DNA of 64,000 nucleotides from Eledone cirrhosa. Lineage: Eukaryota. The stretch is taken from contig OZ024741.1 of the NCBI GenBank assembly GCA_964016885.1, positions 141,918,001 through 141,982,000 of the forward strand, given 5' to 3'. Position numbers and translations under genes: made by a program. Below are positions 1-11,859 of this stretch, piece after piece; position 1 is the first letter of the stretch, and the number at the start of each line of letters is the position of its first letter. The notes under the pieces are model-generated. The model was not told where the DNA came from and did no database searches. It saw only the letters and a program-made list of their open reading frames with translations.

Positions 1-1968
1 TACGTACAAGAGGGACGAGAGGGGACATCCTTGGCGGACCGAGCGCATGATGTTGAACGGTTCCGACAGGTGACCGTTCACTCTCACCACAGAGCAGATG
101 TCGCTGTGCATGGCAGCGATCCAGCCTCTGAAGACGGGCCCAAAGCCAGCCGCCCTCAGGACGGCCGCTAGGTAACGATGGTCTACCCTATCGAAAGCTT
201 TCGACTGATCTAAATTGATCAAGGACCCACCCGTGCCAGGTTCCTTAGCTACCCTCTCTATGATGTATCGCATGAGGTGGAGGTTGTCGTGGATGGATCT
301 GTCGGGAATGGCGCATGTCTGCGCCTCTCCCACCAGACCACCAACGACAAGCGCCAACCTCTTTGCTAGCACCTTGGCCAAAATCTTGAACTCTGTGTTT
401 AGCAGAGTTATGGGCCGGAAATTATCTATGTTATCCCCCTTGTTCGGATCCTTTCTCAGCAGTGCCACCGCTCCTCGGCTCACAGAACTGGGAATTCTCC
501 CGTTCTGTTGCCAGTTGCAGTAGACGTCCGCCAAGAGGCCTCCGAACAAGTCTGGCATCTGTACGTAAAGTTCATAGGGCAGACCATCCAAACCAGGCGA
601 TTTACCCCTTGTGCAGCCAGTCATTGCCTCCCTTACTTCAGCGGCTGTTATCGGCTTTTCGCAACACTTCGCCTCAGTGGCCGAGAGCCGTGGCAGTCCG
701 TCGAGGTAGACACTAAAGTCCATCCGTCTACCCGGCCCACCGCTGCCCCCGAACAGCTGAGCGAAGTGTCGCTGAAAAGCTTCACACATTAGCCCGGGAT
801 CGAATAGCATGCGCCCGTCGTGGTCCATCAAAGACCGGATCGTGGCTTTGTTGCCACGACGCGCCTCCGCCACTCGGGCCCATTGAACGGCTTTCGTCCC
901 CTCGTGTCTGAGAGCACGCACCCTTGCTCTGACAACGCAGCCTTCGTGCTTTGCATTGAAGAATTGGTCAAGGGCCAATTTCGCCGCAAGCACGTCGGTC
1001 GCAATGCCTTTGCTAAGCGCCTCGTCTAATTTTCTAACTAGTTCTCCCTCTGCTCTATTTTTCTCTATTGCTAAAGACTTACTAAACCTAATCGATTCTA
1101 TTCTAATCGCTCTTTTCAGAGCAAACCACCACTTGTTGTTGACGATGGCCCCCGTCAACGCCCGCTTAACTAGTTCGCTAATCCGGTCTCTGTAGGCCTT
1201 GCGCGCTGGTAAGGACGCGTTTAGCTTCCAGTAGCCGGGTCCTCGTCTATGAAGCCTATCTAAGTCAAGCACACAGATCACGAATTTGTGGTCCGTGTAG
1301 CTGACTATCTTGAATTGTGGACAGCCTATGCTAGACCTATCTATTTCCCTACAAAATACTCTATCTAGATATGATCTGGATGACCCTATGCGGTTTGTCC
1401 AAGTCCACATTGGCACATTCGGGAAATCCAATCGGTACCTGTCAGACAGTTCAAAACGCCTGAGCAGGTTGGTGAGGCTCTTGCACCCTCCACCCCTATC
1501 CGCTAATCCCACACAGTCCCAGCGTGCATCTAAGATCCCGTTCCAGTCGCCCACTAACACTAAAGAGCGGGACGTTCCAAGAAAGGTCTCCAGACGCCGG
1601 AAGAAATCAGGCCGCCCTGCTCCTGTCGGGGCATAGACGGCCACTAGCCTGAAAGCTTGCCCGTCTCCGCTGGTCACGTCCAGCACCACCAGCTTACCCT
1701 CTGGGTCCAGGAAGATGGCCCGTATGGCGAGATCCAAACCTCTCCGAAAAAGCACAGCAACTCCTCCACCCGATCCAGGACGGCTGGGAGATGCGTACAC
1801 ATCGTAGCCGCCGAAGATCGGTGTGAAGGCCCGTGCTTCGGAGATTCTGGTCTCGCTGATGGCCACTACATCTATGTTTAGTGACCTGAGGTCGTTGAGC
1901 AGGTGACCCTGCTTCCATGACGACCCCAAGCCACGCGCATTTATGCTGCCTATTCTGAGTGAGGTCAT
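1..1968 (-). CDS. Tx1/L1-clade LINE ORF2 (APE endonuclease plus N-terminal part of reverse transcriptase), continuing beyond the left edge
   Basis: ATG at 1968 translates as MTSLRIGSINARGLG...DVVAISETRI (APE motifs). The same frame reaches position 1 as PFNIMRSVRQGCPLSSLLYV (RT QGCPLS motif). Its absence from the ORF track is consistent with no stop before the edge. Confidence 0.92.
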   Translation of the reverse strand, partial: MTSLRIGSINARGLGSSWKQGHLLNDLRSLNIDVVAISETRISEARAFTPIFGGYDVYASPSRPGSGGGVAVLFRRGLDLAIRAIFLDPEGKLVVLDVTSGDGQAFRLVAVYAPTGAGRPDFFRRLETFLGTSRSLVLVGDWNGILDARWDCVGLADRGGGCKSLTNLLRRFELSDRYRLDFPNVPMWTWTNRIGSSRSYLDRVFCREIDRSSIGCPQFKIVSYTDHKFVICVLDLDRLHRRGPGYWKLNASLPARKAYRDRISELVKRALTGAIVNNKWWFALKRAIRIESIRFSKSLAIEKNRAEGELVRKLDEALSKGIATDVLAAKLALDQFFNAKHEGCVVRARVRALRHEGTKAVQWARVAEARRGNKATIRSLMDHDGRMLFDPGLMCEAFQRHFAQLFGGSGGPGRRMDFSVYLDGLPRLSATEAKCCEKPITAAEVREAMTGCTRGKSPGLDGLPYELYVQMPDLFGGLLADVYCNWQQNGRIPSSVSRGAVALLRKDPNKGDNIDNFRPITLLNTEFKILAKVLAKRLALVVGGLVGEAQTCAIPDRSIHDNLHLMRYIIERVAKEPGTGGSLINLDQSKAFDRVDHRYLAAVLRAAGFGPVFRGWIAAMHSDICSVVRVNGHLSEPFNIMRSVRQGCPLSSLLYV

Positions 1969-2003
1969 GTTTAAAATAGAGTGGAAAAGATGTGAAAGAC
2001 CAC

Positions 2004-4109
2004 TTACCGTACTTTTGGTAGAGGAGGGATGGTTTTTACATCCCTTTTCACTTGATCGTCTGGTGAAGGGACCGTTGAATCGTCCCTTCGGCTGGTCGTC
2101 GGCTCTTCTAAGAGAATGTCTGAATATACTCTTCGATTGATGGTTCCTCCTAGGTCCCTGAAATCACCAACTGCGTTGGGGAATTTCGTTTTAATGTTTC
2201 TGTATTGTTTCTGTGCTATTTTTAGCAGTCTTATGTTAGTTGGCGTTTTGATTGGTGCTGGTATTATGTAGTCCTGTTGTGAAATGTCTGTGTGTTCAAT
2301 TATGTAAGTCATTAGTTTCTTGTTGTGTGTATTTATTGCCGTGCATTTGTTTTTCTGGGGGTGGGGTGTGGTTCTGCTATTTTCTTGTCGTTGTTGCTGG
2401 GTGTGTGTGTTTTGTTGTTGTGTTTGCGATGTTGGTGCTTGTGGTGGTGGTGTTGAAGGTGTTGTTGGCGGTGGGGTTGTCGCCGGTGGTGATGGTGGTG
2501 CTAGTATGGGTGGTGATGGTGTTGGTGGTGTTGCTGCTGTGGGTCTCTTTGCAGTAGACTTTACCCTTTTCTCATTTCTTTCCTCCCTTTTCAAAGGCGA
2601 CGATGCGCTGCTTCTGCGTTTGTGCCTTCTTACGACCTTTTGCCATCCCTCTCCCACCTCACACTCCATGTCTGATTCTGTGAGGTCGGGGAGGGGTACC
2701 AGCTCCACTCTTTCACTTGTTGTTGTTGGTGATGTTTGCACTGGAGTCTCTGTTGCAGCTGCATTTGGTATTGCTGTTGTTGTTGTTAATATTTCCACTG
2801 CTGCTGCTGTTTTTGATTTCCGTGGAGTGGGTATGGGTGCCACGGACCTATCGTTCCTGGTTGCCGCTTGTCCTGTTGCTGGTAGCCATGGAGCCGGATT
2901 CGGAAGGAGGGGGGTTTTCTCCTTTCTCAGGGTCTTCTCGTTGCAGAAGGCCCTGAGGTGAGTCTTCGATCCACAGCGAAAGCATTTCGGGCGTTTGCCC
3001 TCAACACTTATGGGCAGTTGAGTGCCGTTATCGAAGTCGATCACATCCGGGATAGCTTTGATGCACTCCTGGTTGGTTTGGATTAGCATCTCAATGGAGG
3101 TGCCGACCCAATCTTCTCTTACTTTTTTCTGTACTTGCAGTACAGTTGTTTTGTCCTCGATTCCGACGAGGACAGACGCGGCCAGCCAAGAAGGGGCCAT
3201 TCCGGGGGGGGGGACGTGGGTCAGTTTGACCCTCACAATTTTTTGCCCGCAGTAGGAGGGCACCAACACCATTTCCTCGCTCCTTAGGGTCACTACTGAT
3301 TGGGCCTTTGCCTCCTGGGGTGTGGCAAAAAGTACGTCTACGGTGGCATATTTTTTGCCTCGGGTGATGTGCGTTTTCCGCTGCCACACAGACCCCAAGG
3401 CTTTTTGTATCTGAGCCTCTGTGGCTCTTTCCACCCTACGGGATTTTGTACTTACTGTACGGTACGTGACCGTACAGTGCTGTTGGGTTTCGAAAACATT
3501 TTCCGCTGCCTTGCAGATTGCTCGGTGTCCATTCTTTGTCACCATCTTCTTCGCTTCCTCTAATTCCTCATTTGTTATGAGGATTGTTTCCAAGTTTTTC
3601 GCAATGCCTGCAAATGAGATTGGTTTTTCTTTGCTGCTATTGTTGTTGTTGTCGTCAGAGCTGCTGGTACTTTTGTTGTTGCTGCAGGTACTACGACTAC
3701 TGCCTCCGCCGCTGTTGCTGTGGTTGTTGTTGGTGTTGCTGCTGCTAATGCTGTTGTTCTTTATGCTGCTGGTGATGCTGTTGCGGCTGCTACTGTTGTT
3801 TTCATTGTCACTGTTGCTGTTGTTATTACGGCTGCTACTGCTATTATTCCTGACGTCAGACGAATGAACTGGGTTTTCGTATTTCCCGCACACCTGTTTC
3901 GTCGCTGTCGTCGTCGTCGTGGAGAAACCTTGCACGCTTTGCACGAGACTTTTCTTTTCTTTCGTCACTTGCGAAAGAGAAGGGAGGGAGAGAGACACAT
4001 TTAAAGAAGGGAGGGAAAGAGACAATCTTCTCTCTGCTGTAGTGATGATTGAGGAAGAAGAAGACGGAATGAGTGGGAGTGACGTATGAAATTTCTTTTT
4101 CGTAGCCAT
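2004..4109 (-). CDS. Tx1/L1-clade LINE ORF1 (701 aa, gag-like, zinc knuckle)
   Basis: CCHC knuckle CFRCGSKTHLRAFC, Ser/Asn-rich and Pro/Thr-rich low-complexity tracts, and a stop 35 nt upstream of the ORF2 ATG on the same strand. Confidence 0.88.
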   Translation of the reverse strand: MATKKKFHTSLPLIPSSSSSIITTAERRLSLSLPSLNVSLSLPSLSQVTKEKKSLVQSVQGFSTTTTTATKQVCGKYENPVHSSDVRNNSSSSRNNNSNSDNENNSSSRNSITSSIKNNSISSSNTNNNHSNSGGGSSRSTCSNNKSTSSSDDNNNNSSKEKPISFAGIAKNLETILITNEELEEAKKMVTKNGHRAICKAAENVFETQQHCTVTYRTVSTKSRRVERATEAQIQKALGSVWQRKTHITRGKKYATVDVLFATPQEAKAQSVVTLRSEEMVLVPSYCGQKIVRVKLTHVPPPGMAPSWLAASVLVGIEDKTTVLQVQKKVREDWVGTSIEMLIQTNQECIKAIPDVIDFDNGTQLPISVEGKRPKCFRCGSKTHLRAFCNEKTLRKEKTPLLPNPAPWLPATGQAATRNDRSVAPIPTPRKSKTAAAVEILTTTTAIPNAAATETPVQTSPTTTSERVELVPLPDLTESDMECEVGEGWQKVVRRHKRRSSASSPLKREERNEKRVKSTAKRPTAATPPTPSPPILAPPSPPATTPPPTTPSTPPPQAPTSQTQQQNTHTQQQRQENSRTTPHPQKNKCTAINTHNKKLMTYIIEHTDISQQDYIIPAPIKTPTNIRLLKIAQKQYRNIKTKFPNAVGDFRDLGGTINRRVYSDILLEEPTTSRRDDSTVPSPDDQVKRDVKTIPPLPKVR

Positions 4110-4338
4110 GTTGTTTTTTGTTTAAAATGAATATTGGGTACAAAACCCCAATAACTGGTTATTTAACCCCGAAGGGCCAAATAACGGACAGAAAGACCCC
4201 TCTCACGAGGAGGAGGGTGTCTTTATCAACAATTTGGTTCAAGTTTTAAACAATTTACAATTGTTTTAACGGTTAAAAATTACTATACCTTACAGAGCCG
4301 AGCCTCCGTCAACCATGGCATTCAATAATAATAATAAT

Positions 4339-7300
4339 AAAAAGAAAGGATCGATGAAACTCAAAATGAAAACAATGAGATTGTAAATGATAAAGAAATG
4401 AATGAGAATGAACTTGCCAACTTGAAGGATCAAATTATGATCGAATGGATGAAAGAATCTTAAATGAAAGAATCTGACATGGGGGAACGAGACACCCTCC
4501 CTAACATCCAGAACTCCAAAAAGAACCAAAATATAACACACAAGACTAACATAATTCTCAAAAACATTATCATCACAAACAAACTAAACATTACTGATCT
4601 AAATCATCTCTAATATGCATCGGCTAAAGTCACCATTCACTTATGTGGAGTGAAAATGAAAAAACAAAGGAATTCCCACAATAAATCTACTTGGCAAGAG
4701 AACATCAATCGCCAAATAAACCTTCTCCGATCTGACATAGAAATTTTAACAAACTACAAAGTAGGTGAACATGTTAAACAAACTAAACTTAGAAAATTGA
4801 AAAGAAAATACAGTATAAAATCAACATGTGACATAGACATGCTGATAGAAATAATCAAGCAAAAAGTGTCGGCCAAAGCTGCTCGTATAAGGCGCTTTGA
4901 AAAACAATCTAGATTCTATAAGGACAATAATATGTTCAAAAACAACCAAAGAAACTTCTACAGAAAAATTGGCAAGTCAACAATAAGTGCTAAATCAATA
5001 CCACCCAAGGAGGAAGTGCAAGAATTCTGGGAAAAGATCTGGGCCGAAGAGAAAGTTCATAATATACATGCCCCATGGATAGACAGACAAATGAAAGATA
5101 CAGCTCACCTTGAGGAACAAATATGGGGAAATATAACAGTTGAACAGTTGGCTCTTAGAAAAACCAGCAAATGGAAATCCCCAGGAAAAGACAAAATACA
5201 AAATTTTTGGATAAATGCCTACACAGAGTCTCGGGAGCTGTTAGCTTAACTTTACAATGAAATAGTTAAGGAGCCAGAAAAGATACCATCATGGCTAGTT
5301 AACGGCATTACATTCCTGCTTCCGAAGAATGATGAGACAAACAATCCCAAAAATATTACAGACCGATAACTTGCTTGACCACAATGTATAAAATTTTAAC
5401 ATCAGTCCTAACTGAATACACATATGACCACCTGATAACAAATGACCTATTTCCCATTGAGCAGAAAGGGTGTAAACGAGGCTCATATGGCTGTAAGGAT
5501 CAGCTTCTGGTTAACAAAATGATACTGGAAGATTGTCATAATAGACACAAAAATTTATCAATTGCTTGGATAGATTATAAAAAAGCATTCGATAGTTTGC
5601 CACACAGTTGGATTGAAAAATGTTTAGAGATTTTTAATATATCCCCCGTTGTCAGGAGGTTTTTGTCATTCAGTATGAAGACATGGAAAACGACACTCCT
5701 TTTGAATAGTGAAACAAAATCACTGGAAGCTGGAGAAGTTAATATTAATTGTGGAATTTTTCAGGGTGACTCTTTATCACCGCTTTTATTCTGCATCGCA
5801 CTTATACCATTAAGTAAAATGCTCAATGAAACAAAACATGGATATAAAGTCTATGACAAAACCATTAATCACCTGTTCTACATGGATGACCTGAAACTAT
5901 TTGCAAAAAATGATGAACAATTGCAAGGGCTATTATCCACTGTGGAGCAGTTCAGTGATGACATTAAAATGGAGTTTGGACTAGATAAATGCCATACCAG
6001 TCGTAACCTACAGTTACAATGTCATCAACTGGTCAAGCACAGAGATCCGTAGGCTCGATACAAAAATTCGAAAATTCTTAACCATGCACAGAATGCATCA
6101 CCCTAAGGCAGACATAGATAGAATATATCTCCCTAGGAAAGAAGGAGGACGTGGGTTAATCCAGTTAGACATTGCGTTGAAAACTGCGACAATTGGATTA
6201 TCTACATATCTAAGGGAATAACATGATTGGATGATCAAACTCGTTTTGAAACACGAAAGCATCAAAAGATCATATTCCATTACAAAAGATGCACAAAGAT
6301 ACAGTAATGGACTACAAATTTCAGAAGTCCCATTTACTGCTGAAATGGAAAACACAGAAAAAGCAAAGCAGGTAAAAGTAACTGCAAAGAAAGAACTGCT
6401 ACAGAAACTGGCTAAGAAATGGCAAGAAAAGCCTCTGTATGGAAAATACCCAGAGCGAGCTAACAATCCTGATGTTGACAAAACTTTAACCCATCAGTGG
6501 TTGGCATCCTCTGGACTGAAATCGGAGACTGAAGGACTGATTATATCAGCACAAGATCAGTGTCTGCCAACAAAAAATTACCAAGCCAACATAATAAAAA
6601 ATGGATGCAGCCCATTATGCCGTGTATGCAAAAAACAACCAGAGACCATTGACCATATAATTTCAATGTGCAGTCCTATAGCTCCAACCGAATACCTAAA
6701 CAGGCATGACAGAGCTGCACAATATACATTGGATAATGTGTAAGCATTTTGACCTGCCCCATCAAAAGAATTGGTGGGAGCATCAACCACCTCCCATACT
6801 TGAAAAAGATCACATCTCAATCTTGTGGAACTTTAGCATCCAAACAGACCGAAAAATAGATGCAAATAGACCTGATATAATATTGAAGGACTTTAAAAAG
6901 AGGGTATGCCTGCTAATTGATATGTCTGTTCCAATAGACAAGAATGTATCTATAAAAACATTTGAAAAATTGAGCAAGTATAAAGACCTGGAGATAGAAA
7001 TTGGAAAAATGTGGAAATTGAGAACTAAAACAATACCAGTGGTTGTAGGCGCTCTGGGAATGATACCTAAGGGGTCTATTGATTACTTATCGCAAATCCC
7101 AGCAAAACCGCGTATAGGAGAAATACAAAAGATAGTACTAATGGGAACTGCCCATATACTAAGGAAGATTCTGTCAATATAAGTACATCACAAGTCTAAA
7201 CACTAAAGATGCATGTGTGAGTATGTATGTTCTTTCTTGAACATGGTGGACCTTGTTGTCTCTTGAGGTCACTGGTTGTGACTTGGTGATAACTCGTATG

Positions 7301-7347
7301 AACATAAAGCAAGATAAATGCAACTGTAATAATAATAATAATAATAA
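4339..7347 (+). mobile_element. R4/Dong-like RLE non-LTR retrotransposon, frameshifted copy 1
   Basis: Fragments contain WKSPGKD, IDYKKAFDS, GIFQGDSLSP and YMDDLK (RT), then CRVCKKQPETIDHIISMC (CCHC), then RPDII...LIDMSVP...KYKDL (restriction-like endonuclease). Stop at 7182, followed by a 3' UTR and a (TAA)n tail at about 7327-7347. Confidence 0.9.
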
Positions 7348-7519
7348 TTGTTTCTACTTTAGGCACAAGTCCAGCAATTACCCAGTACATTACTGGTACT
7401 TTATTTTATCGACCCCGTAAGGATGAAAGGCAAAGTTAACCTCGGCGGGATTTGAACTCAGACCGTAAAGGGACGTAACTATGCTAGAAAGCATGGCGTC
7501 CAACCCTCTACTGATACTG
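7347..7519 (-). mobile_element. tRNA-derived SINE, family A
   Basis: Near-identical reverse complement of 24091-24280, flanked by TAA repeats. Confidence 0.85.
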
Positions 7520-7529
7520 ATAATAATAA

Positions 7530-10500
7530 GAGAGACTATGAAGGAATTAAAGCAAAAAATACTGAATGAGCTTGCAGTAGTAATACATTCTAGTATAAAT
7601 GATAGTGAACCACTTCAAAAACTCCCAAATACAATCCAAATAGAAAACAAATAATGATTGGTAATTCTGTGACAAAAAAAATCATAGAAGAACTAGAACC
7701 TGATCTTACTGAGTTAAATGAAATCATTTATGCATCTGCTAGCGTAATTGAAAGAAGTTGTTTACCACCAAAAAAAATAAAAAAAGTCGAACCTTCGAGG
7801 TAAACCAATTTGGAGGAGTAGAATCGAAAAGGAGATAGACGTAATGAGAGGAGAACTATCTTTATTGAGTGAGTTAACCGCTGGAAATGATATAAGATCC
7901 AAGAAGGTAAGAAAGCTAAAGAGAAAATATGGACTGTCTTCTAGAGAAGCAATAGTTTCAACAAAAGAATCTCTGAAACAAAAAGTTCAACTAAAAGCCC
8001 AAAGAATTCGTAGATTCGAGAAGCGAAACAACTTCTACAGGCAAAATAAGTTGTTCTCATCAAATGCCAAGTCATTTTATAGAGAAGTAGGGAAGAAAAG
8101 AATGATTATTCAAGAATTTGAAAACTTATGGAATAAGATTTGGAGTGATGGGAAGACATATAATGCTAATGTAGATTGGATTAGTCGTCTGGAAAAATCC
8201 TACACAAATTTAGATCAGGCGTGGGAAGACATTTCTATAGCGGACTTAAGGACAGCACTCAATAAATCTCATAAATGGAAATCTCCTGGTAGAGACAGAG
8301 TGCCAAATTTCTGGCTTTCCTCACTCCCGTTCACTCACAATATATTGGTCAAGCTGTTTAATGGAATTATGAAAGATCCAAAAATTACACCTGATTGGAT
8401 AGCAAGTGGCATTACCTACCTTCTACCAAAGAACAACGAAACCAAAGATCAAAAAAAACTATCGGCCCATAACCCGCTTGTCCACCACTTATAAACTATT
8501 AACCTCTATTCTCATGGAAAAGGCATACGTGTTTTTGGAGGAGAACAATCTTTTCCCCATTGAACAAAAAGGGTGCCGACGAGGTTCATATGGTTGCAAA
8601 GATCAACTTTTGATTGATCTATGATCCTTGAGAACTGTCATAATAAACATAGAAATCTCAGTTCTGCATGGATCGATTATAAAAAAGATTTTGACAGCAT
8701 ACCACACTCATGGATTCTGAAATCACTGGACATCTTCAAAATCTCACCTGTGATCTAAAACTTTCTGAAACACAATATGTCATTATGGAATACAAATCTC
8801 CAATTGTCTCATCCCACTGGAGTACTGTGCTCTAGGAATATAAACATCAACTGTGGTATATTCCAGGGTGACTCACTTTTACCCTTGCTTTTCTGAATAG
8901 ATTTAATACCCCTTATATCCGAACTTAATAGAACAGGATACGGTTATAGAATTGACAACAAAAAAATAAGCCACCTATGGATGATTTGAAGCTATATTGC
9001 AAAGATAATGACAAACTGGAAGGCCTTTTGCGGACAGTAAAAACGTTTAGCGATGACATCAGGATGGAGTTTGGACTTGACTAGTGTGCAAACGCCACTT
9101 TCAAGAAGGCGAAGCTTGTCAACTTAGACTCGGTTGAATTGGATGCTGAAATAAACATAAAGGAAATTGAACAGGAACAAACCTATAAATAGTTAGGGAT
9201 TAATGAGGGCTCTGGCATACAGCATGCAAGTATGAAAGAGAGGATGAAGAAAGAATGTTACAGGAGAGTACGTGCAGTTCTGAGATCAGAACTAAATGCT
9301 CGAAACAAGGTGCTAGCCATAAATTCCTTGGCAGTCCCAGTTGTCACTTATAGCTTCGGTGTTTTGAACTGGAATATGAGTGAAATCAAAAGAATCGACA
9401 CCAAAGTCCGTAAACTACTGACCTGTAGTAGGATGCACCACCCAAAAGCAGATGTGGATCGTTTTTACCTTCCTAGAACTCAAGAAGACCGTGGCCTGGT
9501 CCAATTTGAACTTGCTTACAAGCCCACCATCATTGGACTGGCCAAATAGCTTGAAACAACTAACGACTGTATGCTGAAACTTGTTGAAAAGCATGAGAGA
9601 AGTAAGAAGCTTCATTTTATCTTGAAGGAGAGCAAAGAATATGCTACTGATCTCATGCGTGATACCCAGGCTGGACAGACTAAAGAAACTGATGCTGCTA
9701 GGCACATATAATCACTGGCAAAAGCAAAAGGGCAAGGAGAATTAGCATCAAATTGGGAGCAGAAACCTCTGCATGGCAAATATGTGGCCCGTAACAAACA
9801 AGCTGATGTTGACCAAAAGCACACCCATCAGTGGCTACGTAGTTCAGGGCTAAAGGCAGAGTGTGAAGGCTTCATCTTAGCTGCCCAAGATCAAAGCTTA
9901 TTGACTCGTAATTACCAGGCCAATGTGATGAGAAACGGAATAAACCCAAAGTACTGATTTTGCAATGCTTAGGTTGAAACAGTAGATCACTTAGTCTCTG
10001 GATGTAAAGTTTTAGCACCAGTAGAATACAAATATAGACATGACAGAGTTGGCCAATATCTACACTGGGTAATATGTAGGCATTACAAAATCAAAGCTGA
10101 AAACAAGTGGTACAATCATCACCCTGAGGCTGTAACTGAAGGAGAAAAAGTAACAATTCTCTGGGACTCTCCTGTACATACTGACGGGACCATAAAAGCA
10201 AATATACCTGACATCATTGTAAAATATCAACATAACAAGGTCTGTTTATTGATAGATATGAGCATCCCATGTGATCACAATATCGCGGCAAAAGAATTTG
10301 ACAAGCAACGAAATTATAAAGATATGCTTATTGAAATTGAGAAAATGTGGCACCTTAAGGCCGTTACAATACCAGTGATTGTGGGAGGACTGGGAATGAT
10401 CAAGAAAGGAACAGAACAATATTTGCGAATGATTCCTGGTTTACCCTCTCTGCACGAGGTGCAAAAAAATTATTTGGATGCACACGTATTGAGAAGAGCA

Positions 10501-10740
10501 CTATCTCTGTAAGATTGATATCCCTCCTTGTATTTACATATGCATATGCACATGTGTATATATGCATACTGTTTTTTTTTTTGGGGGGGGGGGTATTATA
10601 ATCATTGTGCTGTATTAACTGTCTTACCAATGCACACTGTGAATTTATTTGCCCTTGGTGTCAGGAAGACACTCGGCATATATCTCAGAAACAATAATGA
10701 AAGAAAATAAAAACAATAATAATAATAACAATAATAATCA
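7530..10740 (+). mobile_element. R4/Dong-like RLE non-LTR retrotransposon, decayed copy 2 (different subfamily)
   Basis: Homologous fragments (KWKSPGRD, IEQKGCRRGSYGCKDQLL, AVPVVTYSFG, MHHPKADVDRFYLPR, IDMSIP...IPVIVGGLG) with many stops. Ends in a TAA/CAA-rich run at about 10712-10738. Confidence 0.88.
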
Positions 10741-10765
10741 GGGAACAAAGACTCAGTGTTACATC

Positions 10766-10807
<42 letters not shown>

Positions 10808-10920
10808 TGAAACAAAATGAAAACGAAATTTCATTTCTCACTCTTAGTATGGCACTTACTTAAATGTAAGTATGCATGTATACGTACATACATATATGTA
10901 TACAGACGTACAGTAGCATG

Positions 10921-10960
<40 letters not shown>

Positions 10961-11124
10961 TATACATATGCATACAGGTACACATACATATATGCACGTA
11001 TCAGTTTAGCGGCGCTTATTATAACGTCGCTTTGTTCGTTTGTAAACAAACTGAACAGCCTGAATTTATGCCATACGGTGTTAAGGCAACCACGTCACCT
11101 TTTTGTTCAACACCGACACAGGAA

Positions 11125-11165
11125 CGATGTACTAGCTTCAAGCTTGTTAGCTATCATCAGCACCG
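11125..11165 (-). ncRNA. Minimal type I hammerhead-like motif (GAAA>GAAG)
   Basis: Minus strand reads cggtg CTGATGA t-agct-aaca-agct-t GAAG ctag TA catcg, giving stem I, stem II and a palindromic stem III. Confidence 0.55.
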
Positions 11166-11179
11166 TTTATATATATATA

Positions 11180-11640
11180 TAGGAAAAAGTATGACCCCGA
11201 CGGCAGAGCTCAAGCCGTTTCGACGGCTATTTCTGGACTAAATTAGAATGATTAGCCTGGTGAGTAAATAGCCGAACTTTTCAAGGGGGTACTTCCTTAT
11301 ATGGGAAGATTGTAGTTGTCAAGAGGATTGGATAAAATTTGTTGTAAACACAAATAAGTCTATCATGGCATTTGGTGGGAGGTAGGGGTGGCTGAACTTG
11401 CCTGTAGAACAATAGGGGAGTGACAGGAGCGGTCAAGCGTAGAAAGTGATATGTATACAGCAGATTCTGAGGATAGAGTATGAAGTGGAGGAGGGAGGTT
11501 ATAGAATAGGTAAATCGAATGAGAGTAGGAGACAATAAAAGATAATAGAAAGAAAGAAAAAAATATATAAAATTAGATAGTGAGAGATGAATAAAAAAAA
11601 TCACAATGCTATCTTACAAGTACAGGTTAATAAGTTGAGA
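11180..11640 (-). mobile_element. Penelope-type LTR-like repeat, homologous to 58115-58430
   Basis: About 290 bp shared with 58115-58410. Its 3' end carries a hammerhead-like fold at 11194-11290. Confidence 0.55.
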
Positions 11641-11730
11641 ATAGAAAAAACTTGTAGAAATTGAGTAGTACTAGAACTGATACCATTAAGTTCACATGAA
11701 GATATGCCACTATCTTAACACCAAATATTA

Positions 11731-11791
11731 TATTGTATCTGACGAAGGCGTACTTAAATATTAATACCCTTGAAATACGTATACTACAATA
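11731..11791 (+). ncRNA. Minimal type I hammerhead ribozyme
   Basis: tattgtat CTGACGA aggcgta...taccctt GAAA tacgta TA ctacaata, with palindromic stem III TACGTA and AATAAA overlapping the 3' end. Confidence 0.7.
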
Positions 11792-11859
11792 AATTTGGTT
11801 TTATAAAGATATTTTCCATTTATTAATATTGTTAATATATATGTTTATATATATATATA

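Larger units (their letters stand above)
1..4323 (-). mobile_element. Tx1-like non-LTR retrotransposon (5' UTR, ORF1, ORF2), apparently intact
   Basis: Two-ORF organisation with a GC-rich ORF2. The putative 5' end abuts a (TAA)n run at about 4324-4338. Confidence 0.85.

Noticed and set aside
215-3867. Many plus-strand ORFs
   Set aside because: Antisense shadows of the Tx1 ORF1 and ORF2.
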